From Elusimicrobiota bacterium (lineage in GTDB: Bacteria; Elusimicrobiota; Elusimicrobia; UBA1565; UBA9628): a stretch of 64,000 nucleotides of DNA. The DNA is taken from contig JAKFCD010000110.1 in NCBI GenBank assembly GCA_036676805.1, positions 66,378 to 130,377 of the forward strand. The letters are read 5' to 3'. Numbering within the stretch: position 1 is the stretch's first letter; each line of letters begins with the position of its first letter. This document shows positions 26,041 through 36,158 of this stretch, in pieces. Below the pieces are notes generated by a model, which was not told the DNA's origin, searched no databases, and worked only from the letters and a program-made list of their open reading frames with translations. The position numbers and the translations under genes are program-made.

Positions 26041-26472
26041 TCAGGCGGCGACGGGCTGGGAGACCTCGCGCACGACCTCGCTGGTGACGTCCGAGTTGCA
26101 CTTGCGCGCGATGTCGGCCTGGGACACGATGCCGCAGCAGCGGCCCTTCTCGTCGACGACGACGACGCGGCGGATGAGACGTTCCTCGAGGACGCGGCAG
26201 CAGTCCTCGAGGCTCGTGTTCGGCGTCACGGAAACGACGGTGCGCGTCATGACATCGCGCGCCTTCATCTCCTGGGGGTTGCGGCCTTGGGCGAGCGAGC
26301 GGCAGACGATGTCACGGTCGGTGACGACGCCGATGGGCTTGAGGCCCTCCTGGCTGTCGACGACGGGAAGCTCTCCGATGTTGCGCTCGCACATGGTCTT
26401 GGCGACTTCGGCCAGCGGCGTCTCCGGCGTGCAGCAGACGGGATTCTTCGTCATGAGGTCGCGGACTTTCAT
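26041..26472 (-). CDS. CBS domain pair protein
   Basis: AAGGAG RBS. Two CBS repeats ('VRDLMTKNPVCCTPETPL...IGELPVVD', 'ARDVMTRTVVSVTPNTSL...IRRVVVVD'). Confidence 0.75.
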   Translation of the reverse strand: MKVRDLMTKNPVCCTPETPLAEVAKTMCERNIGELPVVDSQEGLKPIGVVTDRDIVCRSLAQGRNPQEMKARDVMTRTVVSVTPNTSLEDCCRVLEERLIRRVVVVDEKGRCCGIVSQADIARKCNSDVTSEVVREVSQPVAA

Positions 26473-26728
26473 GGTTCGTTCTCCTTGGGGCCTGGAGTCT
26501 AACGCTTCAGGCCGCTGCGGTCCATGGCGGCGCGCTGACAACGTTGTAGCGCTCCGGTGACGCCCCGCGCCTGGACGGGGAAGGCCGAAGATTGGTATCA
26601 TGTCCGTCGGAACGGAACACCGTCCGCCGGCGGCCCAAGCCCCGGAAGCTTTTCTCACCCGAAGACAGAACCGACCGGTTCAGCTGGCCGTCCTCGATGG
26701 GGGCGGCCTTTTCTATTCCAGGAGAACC

Positions 26729-28000
26729 ATGAGCTTCGAAGCCTTCAAGCTGCATCCCACCCTCAACGCCGCCCTCAAGTCGCACGGCTACGCGATCCCC
26801 ACCCCCATCCAGGTCCAAGCCATCCCGAAGGTCCTCGAGGGCCGCGACGTCCTCGGACTCGCCCAGACGGGCACCGGCAAAACGGCCGCGTTCGCGCTGC
26901 CCATACTCCACCGCCTGAGCTCCGGCGCGCGCGGCCACGTCCGCGCCCTCGTCGTGGCCCCCACCCGCGAGCTCGCCGAGCAGATCAAGGAAAGCTTCGA
27001 CGCCCTCGGCCGCGGCACCGGCATCCGCGCCGCCACGGTGTACGGCGGCGTCAGCATGCACCAGCAGATCCAGGCCCTGCACGGCCGCTGCGAGATCGTC
27101 GTCGCCTGCCCCGGGCGGCTGATCGACCACATGGAGCAAGGTCACTTCAACGCCAAAGGCGTTGAAGTTCTTGTCCTTGATGAAGCCGACCAGATGTTCG
27201 ACATGGGCTTTCTGCCCTCGATCCGCAAGATCCTCGCGAAGATCCCCAAGCAGCGCCAGACCTTGCTGTTCTCGGCGACGATGCCCGAGGCCCTGCGCGG
27301 CCTGGCCCACGAGTGCCTGACCAACCCGATCACGATCCAGGTCAACCACGACGTCGCGCTGACCACGGTCACGCACGCGCTGTATCCCGTCGTCGAGCAC
27401 CTCAAGACGCCGCTGCTGCTGGCGCTGCTCCGGAAGATCGACAGCGAGTCCGTGCTCGTCTTCACCCGCACCAAGCACCGCGCCAAGCGCATCGCCGAGA
27501 AGGTCAAGGACGCCGGCCATTCCTCGACCTCCCTGCAGGGCAACCTGTCCCAGAACAGGCGCAAGGCCGCCCTCGACTCCTTCCGCGAGGGGAAGGTGCA
27601 CGTGCTCGTGGCCACCGACATCGCCGCGCGCGGCATCGACGTCTCCCAGATCTCCCACGTCATCAATTACGACATCACCGACACGCCCGAGGCCTACGTC
27701 CACCGCATCGGCCGCACCGGCCGCGCGGCGAAGACCGGCGACGCCTACACTTTCGTCACCTCGGTCGACGACGGCATGATCCGCACGATCGAGCGCAAGC
27801 TCGGCAAGAGCATCGAGCGGCGCACGCTCGAGGGCTTCGACTACCGCTCGGCGCCCGCGTCCACCCACGGCCAGCATCACACCGGGCCGCGCCCTCCGCA
27901 GAAGCAGCACACGCCGAGCGGCGCGCCTCGCCCGGCCGGTGTCCCCGTCCCCGGACGCCCCGCCCGGAAGTTCTGGCGCACGCGCCGCCGTCCCCGCTGA
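26729..28000 (+). CDS. DEAD-box ATP-dependent RNA helicase (RhlE-like)
   Basis: Q-motif 'PTPIQ', Walker A 'AQTGTGKT', 'LVLDEADQM', 'SAT', 'HRIGRTGRAAKTG'. Arg/Pro-rich C-terminal tail. Confidence 0.85.
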   Translation: MSFEAFKLHPTLNAALKSHGYAIPTPIQVQAIPKVLEGRDVLGLAQTGTGKTAAFALPILHRLSSGARGHVRALVVAPTRELAEQIKESFDALGRGTGIRAATVYGGVSMHQQIQALHGRCEIVVACPGRLIDHMEQGHFNAKGVEVLVLDEADQMFDMGFLPSIRKILAKIPKQRQTLLFSATMPEALRGLAHECLTNPITIQVNHDVALTTVTHALYPVVEHLKTPLLLALLRKIDSESVLVFTRTKHRAKRIAEKVKDAGHSSTSLQGNLSQNRRKAALDSFREGKVHVLVATDIAARGIDVSQISHVINYDITDTPEAYVHRIGRTGRAAKTGDAYTFVTSVDDGMIRTIERKLGKSIERRTLEGFDYRSAPASTHGQHHTGPRPPQKQHTPSGAPRPAGVPVPGRPARKFWRTRRRPR

Positions 28001-28027
28001 CCCCGCGGACCCTGCTATAATCGCCGC

Positions 28028-29818
28028 ATGAGCGAGAAGCGGCGCCCCGTCCTCGTCTTCGACGGCGACTGCGGGTTCTGCCGCCTGTGGATCGCGCGCT
28101 GGCGCCGCGCCACCGGCGACGCGGTCGACTACGAGCCCTTTCAGAGCGCCGCAGCGCGCCACCCGGAGGTCTCGAAGGAGTCCTTCGTCGAGGCTATTCA
28201 CCTCTTCGAGGCGGATCGCACATCCCGCGGCGCCGAGGCCGCCCTGCGCGCCCTCGCTTACGCTCCGGGGCTTTCATGGCTGCCGCGCCTCTACGCCCTC
28301 CCGGGCGCCGCTTTCGCCGCCGAGGCCGTCTACCGCTTCGTCGCCGCGCGCCGCCCGCTCTTCGCGCGCCTGACCCGGCTCCTCTGGGGCTCGACGACGG
28401 TGCCCGCGCCCGTGGGCTTCACGGTCCGCCTGTTCCTGGCCGGCCTCGGCCTGTGCTACCTGGTCGCCTTCGCCTCCTTCGGCACCCAGGTCCACGGCCT
28501 CATCGGCTCGGAGGGGATCATGCCCGCCGCCGCGATGCTCGACTCCGCCCGCGCCCAGCTCGGCGCGGAGCGCTATTGGCTCCTCCCGACCGCCGCCTGG
28601 CTCTCGGCCTCCGACGCCGCGCTGACGGCGTACTGCCGGCTCGGGGCGCTCGCCTCGCTCGGCCTGATCGCCGGCGTCGCCGCCGGCCCCTGCGCTTTGC
28701 TGTGCTGGGCGCTTTACCTGTCCTTGTGCGCGATCGGCGCGGACTTCATGAGCTTCCAGTGGGACGTGCTCCTTTTAGAAGCGGGCCTGCTCGCCTGCTT
28801 CCTCGCTCGCTGGCGGAGGAAGGCCGCTGAGCCTTCGCGCCTGGCGCTGTGGCTGATCCGCCTGCTCCTCTTCAAGCTGATGCTCCAGTCCGGCCTCGTC
28901 AAGCTGTTCTCCGGCGACCCGTCCTGGCGCGACCTGACCGCGCTCACTTATCATTACTGGACCCAGCCTCTCCCCACCCCGTTGGCGTGGTGGTTCAACC
29001 AATTGCCGTTGTGGTTCCATAAAGCGTCCTGTCTGACGTTGTTGGCGATAGAGCTCATCGCCCCGGTCCTCATCCTTTTGCCGCGACGCGGCCGCGCCGT
29101 CGGCGCGGCCGCGATCGCCGTTTTGATGGGCTTGATCGCCGCCACCGGCAATTACGGGTACTTCAACCTGCTCACCGTCGTGCTGTGCCTCGCCTGCCTC
29201 GACGATCGCTTCCTGCGCCGCGCCGAAAGGGCCCCCGCCGGCATCGCCGCGCCGAAGGCGCGGACCTGGAGCCTCGCGATCGTCGCCGTCGTCTCCCTGA
29301 CGCTCGGCGTGTTCGGGACCCTCGGGATCATGGGCGTCAACCCGCCGGCCCCCGTGCGCGCCCTCGGCGCCGCGGCCGCGCCCCTGCGCTCCTTCAACGG
29401 CTACGGCCTGTTCGCCGTCATGACCCGCTCGCGCGACGAGATCTCCGTCGAGGTCTCCGCCGACGGACGGGAATGGCGGGAGTGGCCGCTTCCTTATAAA
29501 CCCGGAGATCCGCGACGCGCCCCGCCGGTGATCGCGCCCTTCATGCCCCGCCTCGATTGGCAGCTCTGGTTCGCGGCGCTCGGCGAGCCGGGCGACAGCC
29601 CGTGGTTCCCCAACCTTCTCTTCCGCCTGCTCGAGGGCAGCCCGTCCGTCGCGGGCCTCATGGGGCCGAGCCCCCTCGGCGGCGCGCGGCCGCTCTACGT
29701 CCGCGCCGTCCGCCACGAGACCGCGTTCGCCTCGGCCGAGGCCCGCCGCGCCGACGGCGTCTGGTGGACGCGCGAGCGCCGGGGTTTGTTCTTCCCCGTG
29801 GTCTCCCTGAAGCGGTAG
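28028..29818 (+). CDS. DCC-family thiol-disulfide oxidoreductase (DUF393) fused to a polytopic LMF/HTTM-like membrane domain
   Basis: N-terminal 'VLVFDGDCGFCRLWIARW'. C-terminal ~450 aa has many hydrophobic helices. Confidence 0.5.
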   Translation: MSEKRRPVLVFDGDCGFCRLWIARWRRATGDAVDYEPFQSAAARHPEVSKESFVEAIHLFEADRTSRGAEAALRALAYAPGLSWLPRLYALPGAAFAAEAVYRFVAARRPLFARLTRLLWGSTTVPAPVGFTVRLFLAGLGLCYLVAFASFGTQVHGLIGSEGIMPAAAMLDSARAQLGAERYWLLPTAAWLSASDAALTAYCRLGALASLGLIAGVAAGPCALLCWALYLSLCAIGADFMSFQWDVLLLEAGLLACFLARWRRKAAEPSRLALWLIRLLLFKLMLQSGLVKLFSGDPSWRDLTALTYHYWTQPLPTPLAWWFNQLPLWFHKASCLTLLAIELIAPVLILLPRRGRAVGAAAIAVLMGLIAATGNYGYFNLLTVVLCLACLDDRFLRRAERAPAGIAAPKARTWSLAIVAVVSLTLGVFGTLGIMGVNPPAPVRALGAAAAPLRSFNGYGLFAVMTRSRDEISVEVSADGREWREWPLPYKPGDPRRAPPVIAPFMPRLDWQLWFAALGEPGDSPWFPNLLFRLLEGSPSVAGLMGPSPLGGARPLYVRAVRHETAFASAEARRADGVWWTRERRGLFFPVVSLKR

Positions 29819-29827
29819 AATCAGTCC

Positions 29828-30628
29828 ATGCTCCTCCTTCTCGCCTTCCTGCTCGTCGTGCCGCTGAGCGCCGGCGAGGTCACCCCTTCCGTTCTCACTT
29901 TTATTTCCGGCGACAAGGAGGTCCTGAGGCTGACCCCCGCCGACCTCGCCCAGCGCCCGGCGGCCCGGACCATCGAGGTCGACGACCCGTTCTACGCGCG
30001 GCGCATGCGCTACAGGGCCGTGCCTCTCAGGGACCTGCTCACGGCGGCGTACGGCGGCTCCTGGGGAACGAACGTGCTCGGCGAGGTCTTCTTCGAGGCG
30101 CTCGACGGCTACCGCTCTCATGCCCGGGTCTCCGTGCTCATCAACGACGGCGGCATGATCGCCTTCGCCGACGCGGACTCTCCCGCCTGGCGGCCGATGC
30201 CCAAAGGCGTGCTCCCCGGCCCGTTCTACCTCGTCTGGACGGGCCCCGGCCAGACCCCGGACGAGGGTTTCCCTTGGCCCTGGCAGATCACGGGCATCAA
30301 GATGACCGTCCTCGAGGACGAATATCCCCAAGCCCTCCCGAAGGGCGCCGCGCCGGACTCGGCCGCGGCTCGCGGCTGGAAGACCTTCCGCCGCGCCTGC
30401 ATCTCCTGTCACTCCATCAGCGGCGCCGGCGGCACGGTCGGACCCGACCTCAACGAGCCTCGCGGCATCACCCGCTACCAGAAGAAATCCTTCCTCAAAC
30501 CCTTCATCCGCAAGGCCTCCTCCTTCCGCCGCTCGAAGATGCCCGACTTCGACGAGCTGTCCAACAAGGAGCTCAACGACCTCATGGCCTACTTCGACCA
30601 CATGACCCGCCTCGCGGGCACGAAGTAG
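29828..30628 (+). CDS. secreted c-type cytochrome domain protein
   Basis: Signal peptide 'MLLLLAFLLVVPLSAGE'. Single heme-binding motif 'CISCHS'. Starts 10 nt after the upstream gene. Confidence 0.55.
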   Translation: MLLLLAFLLVVPLSAGEVTPSVLTFISGDKEVLRLTPADLAQRPAARTIEVDDPFYARRMRYRAVPLRDLLTAAYGGSWGTNVLGEVFFEALDGYRSHARVSVLINDGGMIAFADADSPAWRPMPKGVLPGPFYLVWTGPGQTPDEGFPWPWQITGIKMTVLEDEYPQALPKGAAPDSAAARGWKTFRRACISCHSISGAGGTVGPDLNEPRGITRYQKKSFLKPFIRKASSFRRSKMPDFDELSNKELNDLMAYFDHMTRLAGTK

Positions 30629-30635
30629 CCGACGA

Positions 30636-30706
30636 AGGAGTGTCAGGCTTTGACTTTTGTGCAGTATTTGATGAATACGGCAAATAAGTAAAAGCCTGAC
30701 ACTCCT
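30636..30706. promoter_or_regulatory. perfect 16-bp inverted repeat (AGGAGTGTCAGGCTTT / AAAGCCTGACACTCCT) bracketing a 39-nt AT-rich spacer, 23 nt upstream of the XDH-family operon start
   Basis: Read directly. Arms at 30636-30651 and 30691-30706. The spacer carries -35/-10-like hexamers (TTGATG ... TAAAAG). Confidence 0.45.
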
Positions 30707-30728
30707 ATGCTTTGGTAAGATTTCGGGC

Positions 30729-32906
30729 ATGAGCGTCGGGAAGAACGAGCCGAGGCGGGACGGGCCCGCGAAGCTGACGGGACGCGCGCTTTACCTCGAC
30801 GATGTGAATATACCGGGCTGCTGGCACGGGGTGACGGTCCGCTCCGCGGTGCCGCACGGCCGGATAAAGTCGATCGCCTACGACCCGGCCTTCCCCTGGG
30901 ACGAGTGCGTCGTCGTCACCGCCAAGGATATCCCGGGGAAAAACCTGGTGACCTTGATCGAGGCCGATCAGCCCCTGCTCGCCGACGGGCTCGTGCGCCA
31001 CCGCGAGGAGGCGATCGTGCTCATCGCCCACGCCGACCGCGCGACGGCGTACGAGGCGGCCAAGCGCGTCAAGATCGAGTACGAGCCGCTGCCGCCCGTC
31101 CTCGACATGGAGAAGTCGGAAAAGGTCTTCAAGTCCTACCTGATTGAGCGCGGCGACCTCGCGGCGGGCTTCGCGGCGGCCGACGTCGTCGTCGAGGGCG
31201 AGTACCGCACCCCGTCCCAGGAGCAGGCCTACATCGAGAACAACGCGATCGCGGCCTACGAGGAAGACGGCGTGCTGATCGTGACCGGCTCGCTGCAGTG
31301 CCCTTACTACGTGCTCAAGGCGATGAAGGCGATCTTCAACCGCGGCGAGGACAAGATCCGGGTCATCCAGACCGTCACCGGCGGCGGCTTCGGCGGAAAG
31401 GAGGAGTACCCCTCCATGCTCGCCGGCCACGCGGCATTGCTCGCGCTCAAGGCCGGGCGCCCGGTCAAGATCGTCTACGACCGCCACGAGGACATGGCCG
31501 CGACCACCAAGCGCCACCCCGCCGTCGTGCGCCATCGCACCGGCCTTTCCAAGGACGGGCGGCTGCTCGCGCAGGACATCGAGGTGCTCATGGACGGGGG
31601 CGCGTACGCGACCTTGTCGGCCGTCGTGCTCTCGCGCGGGACCTTGCACGCGGCCGGCGCCTACGAGTGCCCGAACGTGCGCGTGCGCTCGAAGGTGGTC
31701 ATGACGCACACCCCGCCCAACGGCGCCTTCCGCGGCTTCGGCGCGCCGCAGACTTTGTTCGCCGCGGAGCTGCACTGGGAGAAGATCGCCGACGTCCTTC
31801 AAATCGACTCGCTGACCTTGCGCCGGCGCAACATCTTCAAGATAGGCTCGACGACGTCCACCGGCCAGAACCTCATGGAGTCCGTCGGCGCGCAGGAATG
31901 CCTCGAGAAGACCGTCACGGCCTCGAAGTACGTCGCCAAGCGCAAAGAATACGACCGTTGGAACAAAAACCCAAAGAACAGGACCTGGAAAGGCATCGGC
32001 TTGTCGGTCTGCCACCACGGCGCCGGCTTCACGGGCTCGGGCGAGGTGTATCTCGCCTCGCGCGCGGGCGTCGCGCTGACCAAGGAAGGCGAGCTGATCG
32101 TGCTCGCGGCCTCGACCGAGATCGGCCAAGGCACGAACACCATGTTCGCCCAGGTCGCCGCCGACGCGCTGGGCGCGCCCGCGTCGTGGTTCTCCGTCGA
32201 GACGCCCGACACCCACAAGGTCCCGGACTCGGGACCGACGGTGGCGTCTCGAACCTGCATGGTCGTCGGCGGGCTCGTCGGCCGGGCGACCCATGAGCTC
32301 AAACGCGCGTTCGAGCAAGAGCACGGCCGCGTACCGCGCACGCGCGACGAGCTCCGCAAAGCGGCCGCCGTCCTGTGCCAGGGCGCTCCCGCGAGACGCT
32401 TCGAGGTGCAGTACGAGAAGCCCCCGGAGGTGACCTGGGACGACGCGACCTATCGCGGCGACGCGTACGGCGTCTATTCCTACGCGGCCATCGCCGTCGA
32501 CCTCGAGATCGACAAGCTCACCTTCGAGGTGCGCCTCGTCAAGGTCACGACCGCCCAGGACATCGGCAAGGCGATCAACCCCGTGCTCGCCGAGGGCCAG
32601 ATCATCGGCGGCTCGACGCAAGGCCTGGGGTGGGCGCTCCTGGAGGAGCCCGTTTTCAAGGACGGCGTCATGATCAACAACCAGCTCACGAACTACGTGA
32701 TCCCGACGAGCCTGGACGCGCCGCCCTTCGAGGTGATGCTCGTCGAGAAGCCGTACTCGCGCGGGCCGTTCGGCGCCAAGGGCCTGGGCGAGCTGCCGAT
32801 GGACATTCCGGGACCGGCCGTCGCGGCCGCGGTCAAGCACGCGACCGGCCGCCTGATCCCGACCTTGCCGCAGACTCCCGAACGGATATCCCAGGCCCTG
32901 CAATGA
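30729..32906 (+). CDS. xanthine dehydrogenase/aldehyde oxidoreductase family, molybdopterin-binding large subunit
   Basis: 725 aa. N-terminal 'GRALYLDDVNIPGCWHGVTVRS', 'GGGFGGKE', 'ELPMDIPGPAVAAAV' are typical of the xanthine oxidase family. Confidence 0.85.
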   Translation: MSVGKNEPRRDGPAKLTGRALYLDDVNIPGCWHGVTVRSAVPHGRIKSIAYDPAFPWDECVVVTAKDIPGKNLVTLIEADQPLLADGLVRHREEAIVLIAHADRATAYEAAKRVKIEYEPLPPVLDMEKSEKVFKSYLIERGDLAAGFAAADVVVEGEYRTPSQEQAYIENNAIAAYEEDGVLIVTGSLQCPYYVLKAMKAIFNRGEDKIRVIQTVTGGGFGGKEEYPSMLAGHAALLALKAGRPVKIVYDRHEDMAATTKRHPAVVRHRTGLSKDGRLLAQDIEVLMDGGAYATLSAVVLSRGTLHAAGAYECPNVRVRSKVVMTHTPPNGAFRGFGAPQTLFAAELHWEKIADVLQIDSLTLRRRNIFKIGSTTSTGQNLMESVGAQECLEKTVTASKYVAKRKEYDRWNKNPKNRTWKGIGLSVCHHGAGFTGSGEVYLASRAGVALTKEGELIVLAASTEIGQGTNTMFAQVAADALGAPASWFSVETPDTHKVPDSGPTVASRTCMVVGGLVGRATHELKRAFEQEHGRVPRTRDELRKAAAVLCQGAPARRFEVQYEKPPEVTWDDATYRGDAYGVYSYAAIAVDLEIDKLTFEVRLVKVTTAQDIGKAINPVLAEGQIIGGSTQGLGWALLEEPVFKDGVMINNQLTNYVIPTSLDAPPFEVMLVEKPYSRGPFGAKGLGELPMDIPGPAVAAAVKHATGRLIPTLPQTPERISQALQ

Positions 32907-33364
32907 TCAAGCTCACCGTCAACGGCTCGAAGAAATCCTTCAAGGGCGCCCCTTTCAAGCGGCTCATCGACGCCCTGCGCGAGGATTTCGGGCTCACCGG
33001 CGTCAAGGAGGGCTGCGGCGAGGGCGAGTGCGGGGCCTGCACCGTGCTGCTCGACGGCGCGCCGGTCAACTCCTGCCTCGTCCCCCTCTGCCAGGCGGAA
33101 GGCCGCAAGGTGGAGACGGTCGAGTCGCTCGGGTCCCCGGAGAAGCTCTCCAAGCTCCAGGCCGGCTTCCTCGCCTGCGGCGGCGCCCAATGCGGCATCT
33201 GCACGCCGGGCATGCTGATGACGGCACACGCGCACGTGCGCTCCAAGGCGAAGTGCGACGACAAGTCCGTCCGCGCGGCGCTCTCGGGCAACCTGTGCCG
33301 CTGCACCGGCTACCAGGACATCGTGAAGTCCGTGATCAAGGCCGCCAAAGGCGGCAAGAGATGA
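32903..33364 (+). CDS. [2Fe-2S] iron-sulfur small subunit of XDH-family enzyme
   Basis: ATGA overlap. 'CGEGECGACTV' plant-type ferredoxin cluster motif, and a second cluster 'CGGAQCGICTPG...CRCTGY'. Confidence 0.85.
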   Translation: MIKLTVNGSKKSFKGAPFKRLIDALREDFGLTGVKEGCGEGECGACTVLLDGAPVNSCLVPLCQAEGRKVETVESLGSPEKLSKLQAGFLACGGAQCGICTPGMLMTAHAHVRSKAKCDDKSVRAALSGNLCRCTGYQDIVKSVIKAAKGGKR

Positions 33365-34227
33365 GGGGCGACGCGGGGTCGATGACCGTGCTGTCGCCGC
33401 GCACCGCCGCCGAGGCGGTGAAGGCGTACGCCAAGGCGCCCTCCGCGCTCCCGCTCGCGGGCGGGACCGATCTCATGGTCGGGTGGAACCTGGGGCTGAT
33501 GAACGGACGGTCCGTGCTCGATCTTTCGCGCGTAGCCGAGTGGAAGAAGATCAACGTCGTGAGCGACGGGGTCGACTTGGGAAGTCTGGTCACCCACGCG
33601 CAGATACAGGCGCATCCCGTCCTGCGCAAGCGCTTCCCGCTCCTCGTCGCGGCGTGCGCGACCGTCGGGGCCGCGCAGATACAGAACCGGGGCACGCTGG
33701 GCGGGAACATCGCCAACGCGTCTCCGGCGGGAGACACCTTCCCCGCGCTGATGGTGTACGAGGCGACGGCGCGCGTGGTCGGGCCGCACGGCCGCCGGGC
33801 GATCCCGATCGGGGACATCTTCGCGGGGGTCAAGAAAACGACGCTGAAGCCGGGGGAGCTCATCGAGGCGGTGTTTCTGCCGTTCCCTGATGAAGCGCCG
33901 ACGCGGGGGGCCTTCAGGAAGGTGGGGACGCGGGCGGCGCAGGCGATATCAAAAACGGTTTTCGCGGGACTCATTTGGAACGGCAAAGGTGGAGTACTCG
34001 GCCAAGTACGGCTCTCGTTCGGGAGCATGGCTCCGACGGTCCGCAGGCTGCACGCGGTGGAGGAGTTCTTGCGGGGGCGGCGGCTGGACGAGATCTCGAT
34101 CTCCGCCGCCGCGGAATTACTGACTAACGACGTGTCACCCATAGATGATATTCGCTCGACCCGCGAATACCGACTGAGGGTCTCGCGGAACATTTTGACC
34201 GCATTCTTGAAGGGAGAATTGAAATGA
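33361..34227 (+). CDS. FAD-binding subunit of XDH-family enzyme (CoxM/XdhB-like)
   Basis: Overlapping start. 'LAGGTDLMV', 'NRGTLGGNIANASPAGD', C-terminal CO-dehydrogenase flavoprotein domain. Confidence 0.8.
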   Translation: MRGDAGSMTVLSPRTAAEAVKAYAKAPSALPLAGGTDLMVGWNLGLMNGRSVLDLSRVAEWKKINVVSDGVDLGSLVTHAQIQAHPVLRKRFPLLVAACATVGAAQIQNRGTLGGNIANASPAGDTFPALMVYEATARVVGPHGRRAIPIGDIFAGVKKTTLKPGELIEAVFLPFPDEAPTRGAFRKVGTRAAQAISKTVFAGLIWNGKGGVLGQVRLSFGSMAPTVRRLHAVEEFLRGRRLDEISISAAAELLTNDVSPIDDIRSTREYRLRVSRNILTAFLKGELK

Positions 34228-35573
34228 AGCCTCAGGCCACCCTCGATCCTAAAGCTCTCAAGGCCGCTTTCGCGGCCTTGAATCGCCAGAATCTTCTCCA
34301 CGCCGAACGATTTCCGGGGGATTCGTTCGGGCGGCAGCCGGTGCATACGGTTTACGGCGGAGCCCACCTGTTCAAATCCGACTCCGCCAAGAAGCTGGGA
34401 GAACTTTCCCTTCGAGCCTTGTCGCGCTACGCGCCCGACGCGATCACCTTCTCCCGCGCGGTCGGCATGGACGAGCTCCTCGCCCTCAAGGTCTACGACC
34501 GCGTGGTCGAAAAGCTGAAGCGCGAAGCGGTCGAGGATTTCCGCATCGACTTCGAGGACGGCTACGGAAATCGTCCGGACGCCGAGGAGGACGGCCACGC
34601 CGTCTCCGCCGCGGAGGAGGTCGCCAAGGGCCTCGCCGACGGGACCCTGCCGCCGTTCATCGGCATCCGGATCAAGACCTTCTCCAACGAATTATCGGTC
34701 CGCTCGGCTCGTACGATGGACATCTTCCTGACGACCTTGATCCGCGCCACCAAGGGCCGCCTCCCCGACCCGTTCTACGTGACCTTGCCCAAGGTCGTCC
34801 ACGCCGGGCAGGCCGCCGCGCTGCATAAGCTCCTCAACGCCTTCGAGAAGAAGAAGAGGCTCAAGCCCAACGCGATCAAGGTCGAGCTCATGGTCGAGAC
34901 GCCGCAGTCGATCATCGGCTTCGAAGGCGCCGCCCCCCTGCGCGCGATGGTCGACGCCCTGCCCGGCCGCTGCGTGAGCGCGCACTTCGGCACCTACGAC
35001 TACACCGCCTCCTGCAACATCACCGCGGCGCATCAGCGGATGGACCACGCTTCCTGCGACTTCGCCAAGCACGTCATGCAGGTGACCCTCGCGGGCACCG
35101 GCATCAACATGTCCGACGGCGCCACGAACGTGATGCCCGTGGGGCCGCACCGCCCCGCGGCCGGGGAATACCTCTCCGCCGAGCAGGACCGGGAGAACGT
35201 CGAGGCGGTCAAGCGCGCCTGGAAGCTCCACTACGGCCACGCGACGCATTCCCTCGTCAACGGTTTCTATCAGGGCTGGGACCTCCATCCCGCGCAGCTG
35301 CCCACGCGCTACGGGGCCGTCTACGCCTTCTTCCTCGGAGGCCTGCCCGCCGCGACCGCGCGCCTGAAGAACTTCATCGACAAAGCCGCGCAGGCGACCT
35401 TGGTCGGCGACGTGTTCGACGACGCCGCCACCGGCCAGGGCCTCCTCAATTATTTCCTGCGCGCGCGGAACTGCGGCGCGATCACCGAGGCCGAGGCCTC
35501 CGCGACGGGCCTCACCCCCGCCGAGTTCGCCTCGCGCTCCTTCCTCAAGATACTGGAAGGGAGGCGAAAATGA
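34224..35573 (+). CDS. hypothetical protein, possible HpcH/CitE-like lyase family (uncertain)
   Basis: Overlapping start. 449 aa. 'VELMVETPQSI' weakly resembles the CitE/HpcH 'ET' motif. No strong family call from the sequence alone. Confidence 0.3.
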   Translation: MKPQATLDPKALKAAFAALNRQNLLHAERFPGDSFGRQPVHTVYGGAHLFKSDSAKKLGELSLRALSRYAPDAITFSRAVGMDELLALKVYDRVVEKLKREAVEDFRIDFEDGYGNRPDAEEDGHAVSAAEEVAKGLADGTLPPFIGIRIKTFSNELSVRSARTMDIFLTTLIRATKGRLPDPFYVTLPKVVHAGQAAALHKLLNAFEKKKRLKPNAIKVELMVETPQSIIGFEGAAPLRAMVDALPGRCVSAHFGTYDYTASCNITAAHQRMDHASCDFAKHVMQVTLAGTGINMSDGATNVMPVGPHRPAAGEYLSAEQDRENVEAVKRAWKLHYGHATHSLVNGFYQGWDLHPAQLPTRYGAVYAFFLGGLPAATARLKNFIDKAAQATLVGDVFDDAATGQGLLNYFLRARNCGAITEAEASATGLTPAEFASRSFLKILEGRRK

Positions 35574-36154
35574 ACGAACGGGGCTTGCTTCTTTCGCTTC
35601 TCCTTCTCGCCTCGCCGCTCGCCGCCTCGGCGGCGGGACGCGTGGTCTCGACGACCGGCAAGCTGACCGCCGGCGGCAAGACGCTCCGGGCGGGAGACGC
35701 CCTGCCCGACGCCGAGGTCCGGCTCGACTCCGGCACGGCGACGCTCGCCATCGAAGGGGGCCGGTTCCTCCTGACGGGCCCCGCGCGCCTCACCCCGCGC
35801 AGGACCGTCTTCCACCTCCGGCTCGGCGCCTTGCTCAGCGTACTGGAGAAGCGCGCCGGGCGCACGTTCTCCGTGCGCACGCCGATCGCCGTCGCCGCGG
35901 TGCGCGGCACCGACTTCTTCACCGAGATCACGCCGGAGGGCGAGCTCGACGTCTGCATCTGCCGCGGCAGGATCGAGGTCGCGGGCAAAGGCGCCAAGCC
36001 CGTGCCCATGGCCGCCGAGAACCACCTTCACTACCGCTTCGCCAAGGCCAAGTCCGGCACCACGGTCGACCGCGATCCCCCTCCCGAGCATCTCGGCCAC
36101 GACGACGACGAGCTCGACGAGCTTCACGCGCTCCTCGCCGCCGAAAAGCCCTAG
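35570..36154 (+). CDS. FecR-domain secreted protein
   Basis: Signal peptide. 'VRTPIAVAAVRGTDFF' matches a FecR domain. Confidence 0.55.
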   Translation: MNERGLLLSLLLLASPLAASAAGRVVSTTGKLTAGGKTLRAGDALPDAEVRLDSGTATLAIEGGRFLLTGPARLTPRRTVFHLRLGALLSVLEKRAGRTFSVRTPIAVAAVRGTDFFTEITPEGELDVCICRGRIEVAGKGAKPVPMAAENHLHYRFAKAKSGTTVDRDPPPEHLGHDDDELDELHALLAAEKP

Positions 36155-36158
36155 ACGC

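Noticed and set aside
28775-32903. Very long minus-strand ORFs (28775-30730 at 651 aa, 30705-32903 at 732 aa) antisense to the DCC-LMF, cytochrome and XDH genes
   Set aside because: The opposite strand carries clear family signatures. These reverse ORFs are open only because of GC-rich codon bias and translate to Gly/Arg/Asp/Glu-rich sequence with no motifs.
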